This document shows positions 34,853 to 44,600 of a stretch of 64,000 nt of DNA, piece by piece (positions within the stretch are counted from its first letter, which is position 1; every line of letters begins with the position of its first letter). Location: NCBI GenBank assembly GCA_937950125.1, contig CALFEP010000305.1, positions 978 to 64,977 on the forward strand, read 5' to 3'. This DNA comes from an uncultured Bacteroidota bacterium. Lineage in GTDB: Bacteria > Bacteroidota > Bacteroidia > Bacteroidales > 4484-276. The notes beneath the pieces are model-generated. The model was not told the origin of the DNA, searched no databases, and saw only the letters and a list, made by a program, of their open reading frames with translations. Both the position numbers and the translations under genes were made by a program.

Positions 34853-37804
34853 TTAACGGTTTATTACAATTTTTTTGGTCGATGTTGCCCCGGGTGTTTT
34901 CAGTCGCACCAAATACATTCCATTTGTCAGAGGCGAAACATCAATGGATAACTCAGAGCCTGTTACATGTATCATTTTTCTGAAAATCGTCTCGCCGGGC
35001 ATATTTAATACCTCGATTTCAACGAATTCATGGTTTTCATTGTCGAAGCTGATGGTCAAAAAGTCGTTTACGGGATTGGGTGATAGTGTAAAGCCATAAT
35101 CCGACAAGTCGATTATTCCGGTACAATCATGTATTTCAACACTGAATGTTTCAGAAAGTGGGCCGTCGCCGCATTCATTTATCCCCATAACGGTAATGTC
35201 AGCTGAACCAAAATAAGCATCACTCCATACGATTTCAAGCATATTTTCCACTACCGTGATTGCTGAAAAAGCATTTTCGGGAGAAATTGCCCAGTCGTAT
35301 GACTGGGCAAAGGCAACAGCCGGGCAGGTGTAGGTTTCGGCACTTCCGGCACAAACTTCGGATTCGCCGGCGATGGCTGAAGGCTCACCGGGCAGTGGAT
35401 CGATTGTAAGCACCAAATCATCGCTGTCGGAGTTGCCGCTGTTGTCGGTGGCCGTGAGCGTCAAAACTGCCGAACCTGCTGTAATATCGCTGGTTCCGGG
35501 TGTGTAAACGGGATTGAGGATTGAAGGATTGTTAAAAAGACCGTCGCCAGAAGTTGACCAGATGACGGAAGTAAAATAGGTAGCGCTTCCGGCACACTGA
35601 AAGGTTTCATCCTCGCAAATTTCACCGTCCGAACCAGCCTGCGATGTAACGGTGGCTGAAGGTGGAAAAATGATATAATCGACCCACCCGCAGTCAGAAC
35701 CGCTCACAACATAAACGTCTTTTTCGTAAACCCATTTGTACGTATGATTTCCTGCAAAAACATCATAACTGACTTCCGTCCAGGCAACGTTGCCCGACCA
35801 TTGGTTTTTCAATTGGTTATCGATATAAAATTTCAGGTAATCGTAGTCCTGTTCCGACGAAACTTTTACATAGAACGAAATTGTTCCGGCGGTTGCCGCC
35901 TCTTTCGTTATCATCATCTGTGTTGTCTGGCTGTTGCCGATGTTGCCCGATTTTGCCGAATACTGTCCATCCCAGGCATTTGTTCCATCAATGGTCCAGT
36001 TAGCATTGCCACCAAAAGTCCAGCCTTGTCCAAAGGTTCCGGTTTCAAAACTGATTGCTGTGGATTCGGTTAATTCGAAGTCAACCACGGTATTGTTTTC
36101 ATTCACCTGAACTTCCTGAATCAGTGTAGCGTAATTCAGGGCAAACACCCTGAAGCTATAGGTGTTTTCGTAAATTTCGGGAATTACGTACTGACCGCTT
36201 CCGTTGGTGTACACCGGATCGATGGGGGTATTCAAAACCTGGATCATGGCTCCGCTGATCGGCTCACCCGAGTCGCTGTCGGTAACCGTTCCGCTAACAG
36301 CAATAATCTGGCTCTGCACAAGGGCAACATCAAGGGTGGTTTGCCCGGTGCTGTTGATGTTTACATTGTTAAAAGTCTGTGAGATGTAACCAAATTTCGA
36401 AAATGTCACCGTGTAATTTCCGTTTGGCAACAAGCGATAATAGGTTCCGAAATCTTCATCACTTTTGTAAGGTTCACGGTAAAGTCCTGTATTGTCGATA
36501 CCCTGAACATAAATTTCAGCAACCAAAGGGTCGCCTGAAGTGGCATTTGTTATATGCCCGGTGAGCGTGGCAGCATTCACCCTGTTCAGGAGAATCATGG
36601 CCGCCTGAAGGTTATCTTCACAAATCTGGTAAACCTCATTGGCCGGAGGAATAAACTCGGTGCCCAGTTCGATGGTATAACCGAAAATTCCGTGTTTACC
36701 GTAGGAATAATCATCGGTAACGCCCGAGCAGGGATACAACGCCCAACATGGTTGTGGTGTGTAATGGCCACCCGAAATTCCGGGAATTGAATTTCCCATG
36801 GCAGTTCCCAAAGCTTCCAGGGCAGTTACATCAGGAGCTACAGCACCATCCTGGTACCCGTAAGGCCATAAAACCAGTTCGCTGTAGGTGTGGTACGAAA
36901 TGCCGGCTACAAAATGGTGATTTGCCAGCAAATCCTTAATAGCCTGGGTTTCCGGTTCCGAAAAAGGCTCAGGACCACAGTATGTAATATCATTTGGATC
37001 GGTGGTGGTGCCAGTTCCTCCCCATTCCCACCCATAATTGCGGTTGAGGTCAACGCCGTCGGGATAATCCCAGCCTCCGGGGGTTAAATTTCCATTTCCG
37101 TCGTTATCGCGTATATTTTTACGCCAGTCGGTGTTGATCTGATCAAGAACTATTTCGTGGCCATCCGGATTTACTATAGGAACAAACCAGATTTCCTTTG
37201 AATTGATGTTGGCTGTTACTTCCGGATTGCTGCCATAATTGCTTACCAGGTAATTCAAAACATAAAATGCTACTTCGGTGCTGAGGGGTTCGCGGGCGTG
37301 ATGTGCTCCAAAGTAGTAAACAGATGGTTCATCTTCCTCAAGTTCAACATTATCCGAAACCTTCAATGCCCAGATATCGTGCTGATAGTTTGAATAATTT
37401 CCATAGCCTGAGCTGTAATAATTTTTTCCGCGACTGTTGCCTATATCGATTAGTTTGCAGAAAGATGGATGGGCAGCTGCAATGTTTTGAAGTTCAGTTA
37501 ATGCCTCTTCATAAGTGCGGTAGCCGTTGATATCGTCAACATTGCCCAGATTGGCAGCCATTTCGGCGATTGTTTTTACAATTTCAACAGAGTAACCCTG
37601 GTCGAGGATTTTTTGATATTCAGCATCTGTTACGACCAGATCGAGGAATTCACCTGGTTTGTAAGCGGCAACATCATAATTGGGTTGAGTAAATTTTTTG
37701 ACTGTAATTGGTTCGGGATTACTGAAACGAATGATGACTTTTTCTTGTGAAAACAAAGTGATTGCAAACAACATGGCAATCACAAACAATAAATTTTTTT
37801 TCAT
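34853..37804 (-). CDS. M14 zinc carboxypeptidase with CarboxypepD_reg, MAM-like and PKD-like modules and T9SS CTD
   Basis: M14 motifs are 'GAHHAREPLS' (HxxE), 'NPDGHE', 'DLNRNY' and 'SYHTYSE'. The CTD is 'LSPNPVNDFLTISF...GMYLVRL'. The start is trimmed to the ATG at 37804, giving MKKNLLFVIAMLFAITLFS|Q. Confidence 0.85.
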   Translation of the reverse strand: MKKNLLFVIAMLFAITLFSQEKVIIRFSNPEPITVKKFTQPNYDVAAYKPGEFLDLVVTDAEYQKILDQGYSVEIVKTIAEMAANLGNVDDINGYRTYEEALTELQNIAAAHPSFCKLIDIGNSRGKNYYSSGYGNYSNYQHDIWALKVSDNVELEEDEPSVYYFGAHHAREPLSTEVAFYVLNYLVSNYGSNPEVTANINSKEIWFVPIVNPDGHEIVLDQINTDWRKNIRDNDGNGNLTPGGWDYPDGVDLNRNYGWEWGGTGTTTDPNDITYCGPEPFSEPETQAIKDLLANHHFVAGISYHTYSELVLWPYGYQDGAVAPDVTALEALGTAMGNSIPGISGGHYTPQPCWALYPCSGVTDDYSYGKHGIFGYTIELGTEFIPPANEVYQICEDNLQAAMILLNRVNAATLTGHITNATSGDPLVAEIYVQGIDNTGLYREPYKSDEDFGTYYRLLPNGNYTVTFSKFGYISQTFNNVNINSTGQTTLDVALVQSQIIAVSGTVTDSDSGEPISGAMIQVLNTPIDPVYTNGSGQYVIPEIYENTYSFRVFALNYATLIQEVQVNENNTVVDFELTESTAISFETGTFGQGWTFGGNANWTIDGTNAWDGQYSAKSGNIGNSQTTQMMITKEAATAGTISFYVKVSSEQDYDYLKFYIDNQLKNQWSGNVAWTEVSYDVFAGNHTYKWVYEKDVYVVSGSDCGWVDYIIFPPSATVTSQAGSDGEICEDETFQCAGSATYFTSVIWSTSGDGLFNNPSILNPVYTPGTSDITAGSAVLTLTATDNSGNSDSDDLVLTIDPLPGEPSAIAGESEVCAGSAETYTCPAVAFAQSYDWAISPENAFSAITVVENMLEIVWSDAYFGSADITVMGINECGDGPLSETFSVEIHDCTGIIDLSDYGFTLSPNPVNDFLTISFDNENHEFVEIEVLNMPGETIFRKMIHVTGSELSIDVSPLTNGMYLVRLKTPGATSTKKIVINR

Positions 37805-37829
37805 CGTAAATGTGTTAAATATCTGATTT

Positions 37830-37882
37830 ATAATAGATAAAAGGGTAAAGTACAATCCGGTTGCACAGGAATGACTTTACCC
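37830..37882 (-). terminator. Candidate terminator after the 37907-41482 gene
   Basis: A 9-bp stem, GGGTAAAGT (37843-37851) with ACTTTACCC (37874-37882), is followed on the minus strand by TTTTAT. Confidence 0.45.
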
Positions 37883-37906
37883 AAAGACTCGTAATTGAGA
37901 AAAAGT

Positions 37907-40900
37907 TTACCGGCGAACAACAATTTTTTCAGTGATCAGTTGGTTTTCGCCTTCCAGTTTCAAGAAGTAAATACCGTCAGGTATTGCAGATAATTCAATT
38001 TTGAGGGGTGATTCAACCCCTGATTGTTCAAATATCTGATTAAAAACAATGACTCCTGTTGTTGCGGTTATGGTTACTTTTGAAATACAGACAGCTGCAT
38101 CATCAAAACTAATGGTGAATACACCTGTGGATGGATTTGGGAATACTTTTATGGCTGATTCCTCAGCAGGTTCATCCACACCAAGGCAGTCATCAACCAT
38201 GATATTCAGGGTTGGCGAAAATGGTCCTTCACCACAATCGTTCGCCGCTTTTACTTTCAAGGTTGCGTTACCAATGTAAGAATCACTCCAGGTGATGGTA
38301 CATTCGTTCCAGTTTGCCGTAACAACTCCGCTTGAATTGGGATCGAGGTACCAAAGGTACTCGGTTGCCTCGGGAATAGCTGGAATCTGGTACAAATGTG
38401 TTTCGCCCCAACAAACGGATTCAGCGCCGGTAATATTTACGGGAGCTAACGGTACAGGCACTACCACAATTTCCAATGCCCCCGACCAGTTGCTTTCGCC
38501 ACACAGATTTGAGGTTTTTACTTTAAGGGTGGCTGTACCCGAATACGTTGCTGACCAGTCAACAATTACAGATGGTCCATTTGGTGTGAGGGCTCCTGCC
38601 GAAACAGGTAAAATTTCCCATGTCCAACCTGTTGCGCCCACAGCATTGTTGGTGGTATAGGTGGAATTGGCGGCATTCTGGCAAAGTTCAGTGGGTCCGG
38701 TTGGAATTGCAGGCTGCTCAGGATCAGGATAAACAATAAGGTATTCCAGTTCCATGGCTGTATTTGAATTGGTTCCGTCAGAAACGGTCAGCGTAACACC
38801 ATACATTCCGGCATTGGCATAGGTTACCAAAGGATTCTCTTCGTTGGAAGTGGCGGGTGTTCCTCCCGGAAATTCCCACTCCCAGCTGGTGATGTTCCCA
38901 ACACTGTTATCGTAAAAATGCACCTGCCCGCCGTGGCATATTTGATTTACATCTGACGTAAATCCTGCCTGCAGAATATCGCCCTCAATCACTACTGTGT
39001 AATCTTCCACTTCGCCATATGTTGCCGATCCGCAGGGTGTTGGCGCTGAGCTGTAGGTCATGCGTGCCCGCAGGCGGTAATGTCCGGGATTGGTTCCCGC
39101 CGGTGCGGTGATGTTTCCCGTGAAGGTTTGTCCCTGGCCGCCAACATTGGTTAACTGGAAGGTTTCGTTGGACGGACTTCCGAGTTCAAAATCGTTGTTC
39201 CAGTCAACCCAGACATAAACAATGTCGGAAGCCCAGGCATTGCCGTTGGTGATGGTGATGGGAACGGCTACACCCGGTTCGAGGATGGTGGATAAATTGG
39301 TATAATTGCCAACGCCGCCCTGCCATCCGCTCGAATTGTTGATTGTGCCAAAGGAAACATTGGCAATGTATTCGTCTTCGGTGCCTGTCGAAGCAGAGCA
39401 ATAATCGGGGAAGGTAACATCAATCAGTTTTGTGGTCAAAGCCACATTCGTTCCCTGGTAGTCAAGTTGCAAGGTTGCCACATGCCCAGCCGGAGCGCCT
39501 GCCTGTGCCGAAACTGTATAGGTGGCAGTGGCGGAGGCGTTGATGTTGATGTTGCCAAATGTCTGAGGTTGAGTTGTGACCACGGTTACATAAGGATCGT
39601 TGCAGGTAAGTGTCCCAACAATGGCAAGGGCTGTTTCACTACCGGCATTTTTTAGGGTAATGATGTAATCGGCAGTTTCGCCAGGTTCCAGAATTCCGTT
39701 GTTATTACCATTCGAGTCGTCCACTTCAACGCTTTCCAGCAAAAGATAAGGGCCGGTTACAGCACTTAATGCCTGAATGGCATCCAGGTCGAAACCAGCA
39801 TCAGCAGCACTGGCATTTCCATCGCCATCATCTAAAATTTTGAAATAACGGGCTTCGGAGAGTGTGCAGTTTTCAAAACTAAATTCGGTTGAACCACTGC
39901 CCGTACCCATCGTGTACCATGGGCCATCCATGCTGGTTCCGGCGTAAAATGTATAGCCTTCGGCTGAGGCATCACCTTCAAAAACCATCAGGTCAGGTCC
40001 GGCGCCATCAAAAATTATATCCTTCATGTCAACGATAATCCAACCGCTTTTTCCAATCGAATAGTTGACGTTATCGGGTTGACCAATACAGGCCCATGTT
40101 GCGCCTTCATCGTTGGGGTTATTTCCTGGAATCTGGCTGGCGATAATCTTGTAAATACCCTGGTTGTCATCCTGTGTAAGCTGGAAATTGGTAACCGTGG
40201 CATTGTTGGCAGTAACCACTACGCCTGTAACCACCTTTGTCTGATAGCCGTTGGCTTTTACGGTAATGTTGTAGGTTCCGGGCAAAACATATTTGTGGTA
40301 ATCGCCCACTTCAACATCGGTATAGCAGGGAAAATAATTGTTAACGAAAACGGTAGCAGCAACAGGTTCGCCGGTGGTTTCATCGGTGACAGTACCGGCA
40401 AGGCCATAACCTGAATATTCCATCATTGCCAGCATTGCTGGTTTATTGTAGTTGTAGTAGAGCATGATTTGCGAAGCAGGCGGTTGTTTGCTCATCGAAA
40501 TTTCCATCGACCAGCTTACCGATCCCTGAATGCCGTATCCTGCATCTTTGGTGCTTCCGTTAATCGGGTACATCCCCGTGTAGCCCGGACCGTAAGGTAT
40601 GTTTGAATAGCCCGAAACATCAGCATATACACTTGCAAGTTGGTTTACATGTGCATGATCGGGCGACTGGCTGGCACGGTAGCTCCAGGGGTGCGAAATA
40701 AACTCGGTTCCGCTGTGGTATGAAGTATAAACCACAAAGGGAGTTTCCATTATGGCATTGCGCAAAATCCTTGTTTCCTGCTGCGACCATGAGCCAACGC
40801 TTTCCTGGTCCCACATGTAGCCGCAATCGCGGTTAAGGTCTTCGCCATTGTTGTTGTAACGGGTCATATTTACCCTACCGTCAGGATTCACCATCAGGTA

Positions 40901-41482
40901 AAGCCAGGTTTCACGCCCGTTTACCAGGTTGGTGATTTGCGTATTGCTTCCATATCCCAGGCATAAATCACGGGCAAAGCGGATCAGGTTTTCAGGGCCT
41001 CCGATTTCATCTCCGTGAATACCTCCGTCGAAAAACAATTCTGGTTCATTTTCATCTGTCATAACATTGTCGCTGATTTTCAGCGCTGCAAGTTGCCGTC
41101 CCCCTAATGATGTTCCATACACAACCTTCTTGCAAATGGAAGGGAAATTTTCAGCAAGGCTGTCGGCAAGGTTGATAATTTCCTGGTAACTGTGGTAAGC
41201 GTCATCTTTTTCCCAGAAATCTGCAAAATGTCCGTTCAGATCATCAATCTGAATGGAATAATCCAATCCGGTGGCTTCAATTTTCCGGAGTTCATCAGGC
41301 GTAACATACATGGTAGCATAAGCAGAATAGATGTCCCCGTTCAGCTTGAGGGATGCGAGTTTTTGAGCGTCCTGGGTTGAGTTAATTGTTACTTTCACTT
41401 CCATTTCGCCCTGGCGCCAACCCTGGGCAAACGAAGCAGTAAGCATAGTTAAGGTAAGCAATGTGAGTAAAAGCTTTCTCAT
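37907..41482 (-). CDS. M14 zinc carboxypeptidase with CarboxypepD_reg, GEVED, PKD and PKD-like modules and T9SS CTD
   Basis: M14 motifs are 'GGIHGDEIGG' (HxxE), 'NPDGRV', 'DLNRD' and 'SYHSGTE'. The GEVED signature is 'TYGEVEDYTVVI'. The CTD is 'VFPNPSTGVFTISF...GIYFLKL'. The start is trimmed to the ATG at 41482, giving MRKLLLTLLTLTMLTASFA|Q. Confidence 0.85.
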   Translation of the reverse strand: MRKLLLTLLTLTMLTASFAQGWRQGEMEVKVTINSTQDAQKLASLKLNGDIYSAYATMYVTPDELRKIEATGLDYSIQIDDLNGHFADFWEKDDAYHSYQEIINLADSLAENFPSICKKVVYGTSLGGRQLAALKISDNVMTDENEPELFFDGGIHGDEIGGPENLIRFARDLCLGYGSNTQITNLVNGRETWLYLMVNPDGRVNMTRYNNNGEDLNRDCGYMWDQESVGSWSQQETRILRNAIMETPFVVYTSYHSGTEFISHPWSYRASQSPDHAHVNQLASVYADVSGYSNIPYGPGYTGMYPINGSTKDAGYGIQGSVSWSMEISMSKQPPASQIMLYYNYNKPAMLAMMEYSGYGLAGTVTDETTGEPVAATVFVNNYFPCYTDVEVGDYHKYVLPGTYNITVKANGYQTKVVTGVVVTANNATVTNFQLTQDDNQGIYKIIASQIPGNNPNDEGATWACIGQPDNVNYSIGKSGWIIVDMKDIIFDGAGPDLMVFEGDASAEGYTFYAGTSMDGPWYTMGTGSGSTEFSFENCTLSEARYFKILDDGDGNASAADAGFDLDAIQALSAVTGPYLLLESVEVDDSNGNNNGILEPGETADYIITLKNAGSETALAIVGTLTCNDPYVTVVTTQPQTFGNININASATATYTVSAQAGAPAGHVATLQLDYQGTNVALTTKLIDVTFPDYCSASTGTEDEYIANVSFGTINNSSGWQGGVGNYTNLSTILEPGVAVPITITNGNAWASDIVYVWVDWNNDFELGSPSNETFQLTNVGGQGQTFTGNITAPAGTNPGHYRLRARMTYSSAPTPCGSATYGEVEDYTVVIEGDILQAGFTSDVNQICHGGQVHFYDNSVGNITSWEWEFPGGTPATSNEENPLVTYANAGMYGVTLTVSDGTNSNTAMELEYLIVYPDPEQPAIPTGPTELCQNAANSTYTTNNAVGATGWTWEILPVSAGALTPNGPSVIVDWSATYSGTATLKVKTSNLCGESNWSGALEIVVVPVPLAPVNITGAESVCWGETHLYQIPAIPEATEYLWYLDPNSSGVVTANWNECTITWSDSYIGNATLKVKAANDCGEGPFSPTLNIMVDDCLGVDEPAEESAIKVFPNPSTGVFTISFDDAAVCISKVTITATTGVIVFNQIFEQSGVESPLKIELSAIPDGIYFLKLEGENQLITEKIVVRR

Positions 41483-41598
41483 TGTAGAAGTGTTTAAGTT
41501 AGTATAAAAATGAAAATAAATTTTTGTTGACATTGTAAGAATCAAATTCCTGATAATCAATATTTTTAATTATCCGGCAATTCAAATTTTAAAAAGGG

Positions 41599-41606
41599 CA
41601 AAAATA
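41599..41606 (-). promoter_or_regulatory. Candidate -7 box (TATTTTTG on the minus strand)
   Basis: It lies 117 nt upstream of the ATG at 41482. Confidence 0.25.
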
Positions 41607-41690
41607 GTTTTTTTCCTGAAAATCACCACCCAAAATCAAAGTAGAAATCAGATCATTGGGAAGCATGTTTTATTTAATTGTGCGACGACA

Positions 41691-44600
41691 TTACTTTAGG
41701 GGTACCTTGAGCACGTTGGTGGTAATTTTGTTGTACAACTCGTGAGGTTTGAAGGGTTTGGCAATAAAATCGTTCATGCCCGATGAGAAAACCTTTTCTT
41801 TTTCCTGAACAAGCGCCGCTGCAGTAAGTGCAATGATGGGGATATGGGCGTCAACCTTCCTGATTTCGATGGTTGCACCATAGCCATCAACTTCGGGAAG
41901 GTGCAAATCCATCAAAACCAGATGGTATTTTCCGGGAGTGAACATGTTTATGGCTTCTCGGCCATCTTTGGCAACATCTACCTCAAGGTCCCATTTTTCG
42001 AGTATCTGCTTGGCTATTTTAATATTGATGAGATTGTCTTCGACAAGCAGTATTTTGTAGCCTTTCAGGCTTGGGAAAACCACGCCTTCAGTCTCGACTT
42101 TTTTTACCACCTTTGGTTTGTCGCTGACATCAAAAATCAACCGGAACGAAAATTCTGATCCAACGCCAACCTTGCTTTTCACCTGAATGCGGCTGCCCAT
42201 GAGTTCCAGCAGTTTTTTGGTTATGGCAAGCCCAAGTCCGGTTCCTCCGAATTTACGCGTAGTGTCGGAACTTGCCTGGCTGAATGACTCGAATATATGC
42301 TCAAGCTTTTCAGGCGAAATGCCTATTCCGGTATCTTTCACCCTAAAGGTAACTTCAATCTGATTGCCAGGTCGCAGCCGCTTTGAAAGGATGATCAGCA
42401 CTTCGCCTTTTTCAGTGAATTTTATCGAGTTGCCCACCAGGTTGGTCAATACCTGTGAGGTGCGGGTTGGGTCACCCACCAGCACATCGGGAATATTGTC
42501 CTCAAAAACAACATCAATGGTAATTCCTTTTTCTTTTGCCGATGGTTCAAATCCCATTTTGATGTTTTTAACCACTTCTTTCAGGTCAAATTCAATGCGT
42601 TCCAGATCAATTTTACCGGCATCGATTTTATTGAAATCTAAAATATCGTTGATCAGAGAAAGGAGGTTGTGCGCCGAAAACTTCAAGGTGTTGAGGTTGT
42701 CAAGCTGTTCGGGTTTTGGATTTTCCATCAGTAAAATGTTAATCATCCCGATAACCCCGTTCATAGGCGTTCTTATTTCGTGCGACATGGTGGAAAGAAA
42801 CTCGGCCTTGGCTTTCGACGACCGTTCGGCTTCGTCTTTTGCAATGATCAGCTGGGTGTTTTTGGCTTCAATTTCGATGGTTTTCTTTTCCAGCTCTTTT
42901 GTGCGTTCGGATACCTGACGGTTGAGCTTTACTTTTTCGGCTTCAAGCCGCTGGCTTCGCCATTTGGCAAAAAGATAGATAAATAAGGCCATTAATGCAG
43001 CAAAAATTGTCCACGCCCACCAGGTGAGGTACCAAACAGTGTAAATGGTGAACGAATATTCCATCGGATCGCTCCAGAGGTAATTGCCCCGTTGTTTGGC
43101 TTTAACAAGAAAACTGTATTTCCCGGCGTCAAAATCGGTGTAAATCACCTCATTTTTGCCTTTTGTGTACTGCCACTCGTCGTTCTTACCTGTCATTTTT
43201 ACCATGTAATCAATGCCTTCGGTAGGATATTCGGGCGAAATGAAACTAAAACCCAGGTAAGCAAAATTGTCGAACTGTCGTTTGTTGATGTTTTTTACAG
43301 GAACTCCTTTTTCGCTGATTGCAAGCAGTCGGGGATCAGAAGTTTTTGATGGCTTTAATTTGTTGTTGGTATAGGAAATTCCCAGCAGGGTACCTGCCCA
43401 AATCCTGTTTTGAGCGTCGGTAACAATGTTGCGAAAGTTAACCGTTTTTGAGGGTAAACCTTCAAAATGGTCAAAAATCATGATGTTGGTACCATCGTAT
43501 TTTACAGCGCCAATGCTGGTGGCAAGCCACAAATTGTCGTTTTTGTCAATGGTTATTCCCTTGATGTCGTCATCGGTCAGATTTTCCAAATCAGCGCGCT
43601 CAATTTCGTTTCCCCTTACCTGAAGCAGTCCATGGTTGGTTGCCAGCCACATTATTCCGCTTTTGTCGAAACCCAGGTCATTCACCATAAAATTTCCATC
43701 AATTTCGAACGGCAGCGGTTTGCTGATATTAACAATTTTGTCCTGATCGATGTTGAAGTAATACAGGTAATTGTCATCTCCGGAAGCCCCCAAAAAGATG
43801 TATGAATAGGGTGAATTTTTCGTGAAATTTACTCTTGAATGCAAACCATCGTTTTCAGCAAAGACACGAATCTGATTGTCGGGGCTAATTCTGATAATTC
43901 CGGTTAATCCGTCCTGACAAATCCAAATGTTACCCTGTTCATCCTTGTTGATATTGTAAATAGCCGAACCATACCCATTCAGGTTGACAGTGCGCACCAC
44001 TGAGCCGTTTTGTACAAGACGCAGAACACCCTGATTATCCGAAATCCAGACTGAATTATTATCAGGATAAACCTGAAGCATCAAACTTCCCGGCGATTCG
44101 TAAACAATGGATGGGGTTAAGGTGTACTCATCAATTTTCATCACCTTATTTCCATTCGAAAAATAAATGTTGTGGTTGTCAACATCATAGCGGACATCAT
44201 GGATGTAACTCCGGGATATTTGGTTGAAAGGGGCTGAAAACATTTTTTCCTTCAGCGAAAAAATCCCGTTATCAGTAGCCAACAGCAAGTTTTTCTGGTG
44301 ACTGACAATCTGGTTAACAGCTCCGGTGATGGTTACCTGATCAACTTTTTGAAAAGCATATTCATTTCCTTGTCTTTTGCCAAGCCAAAGTCCCTGCGAC
44401 CAACAGCCAACGTAAAAACTGCTGTCGGGGTTGGCCAGAAAACATGATGCATCAATGCCAGTATTTATTACCCTGAAGTTGCCTATAGTTGCATTTTCAA
44501 AAATTTCAAATTCGATGAGCTGATCATTTGCTCCCAATAGAATTTTGTTGTTTGCCATGGGCAAAACAGCACTGATGTTTCTCAGGCTGAAATTGTTATC

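Noticed and set aside
42364-42918. Plus-strand ORF of 184 aa inside the histidine kinase gene. Similar long antisense ORFs occur at 3612-4130, 4725-5186, 5646-6107, 20604-21041, 31653-32024, 38292-38660 and 45801-46211.
   Set aside because: All are shadow ORFs opposite genes with unambiguous domain content. None has a start-codon context, a promoter box or a recognisable motif.
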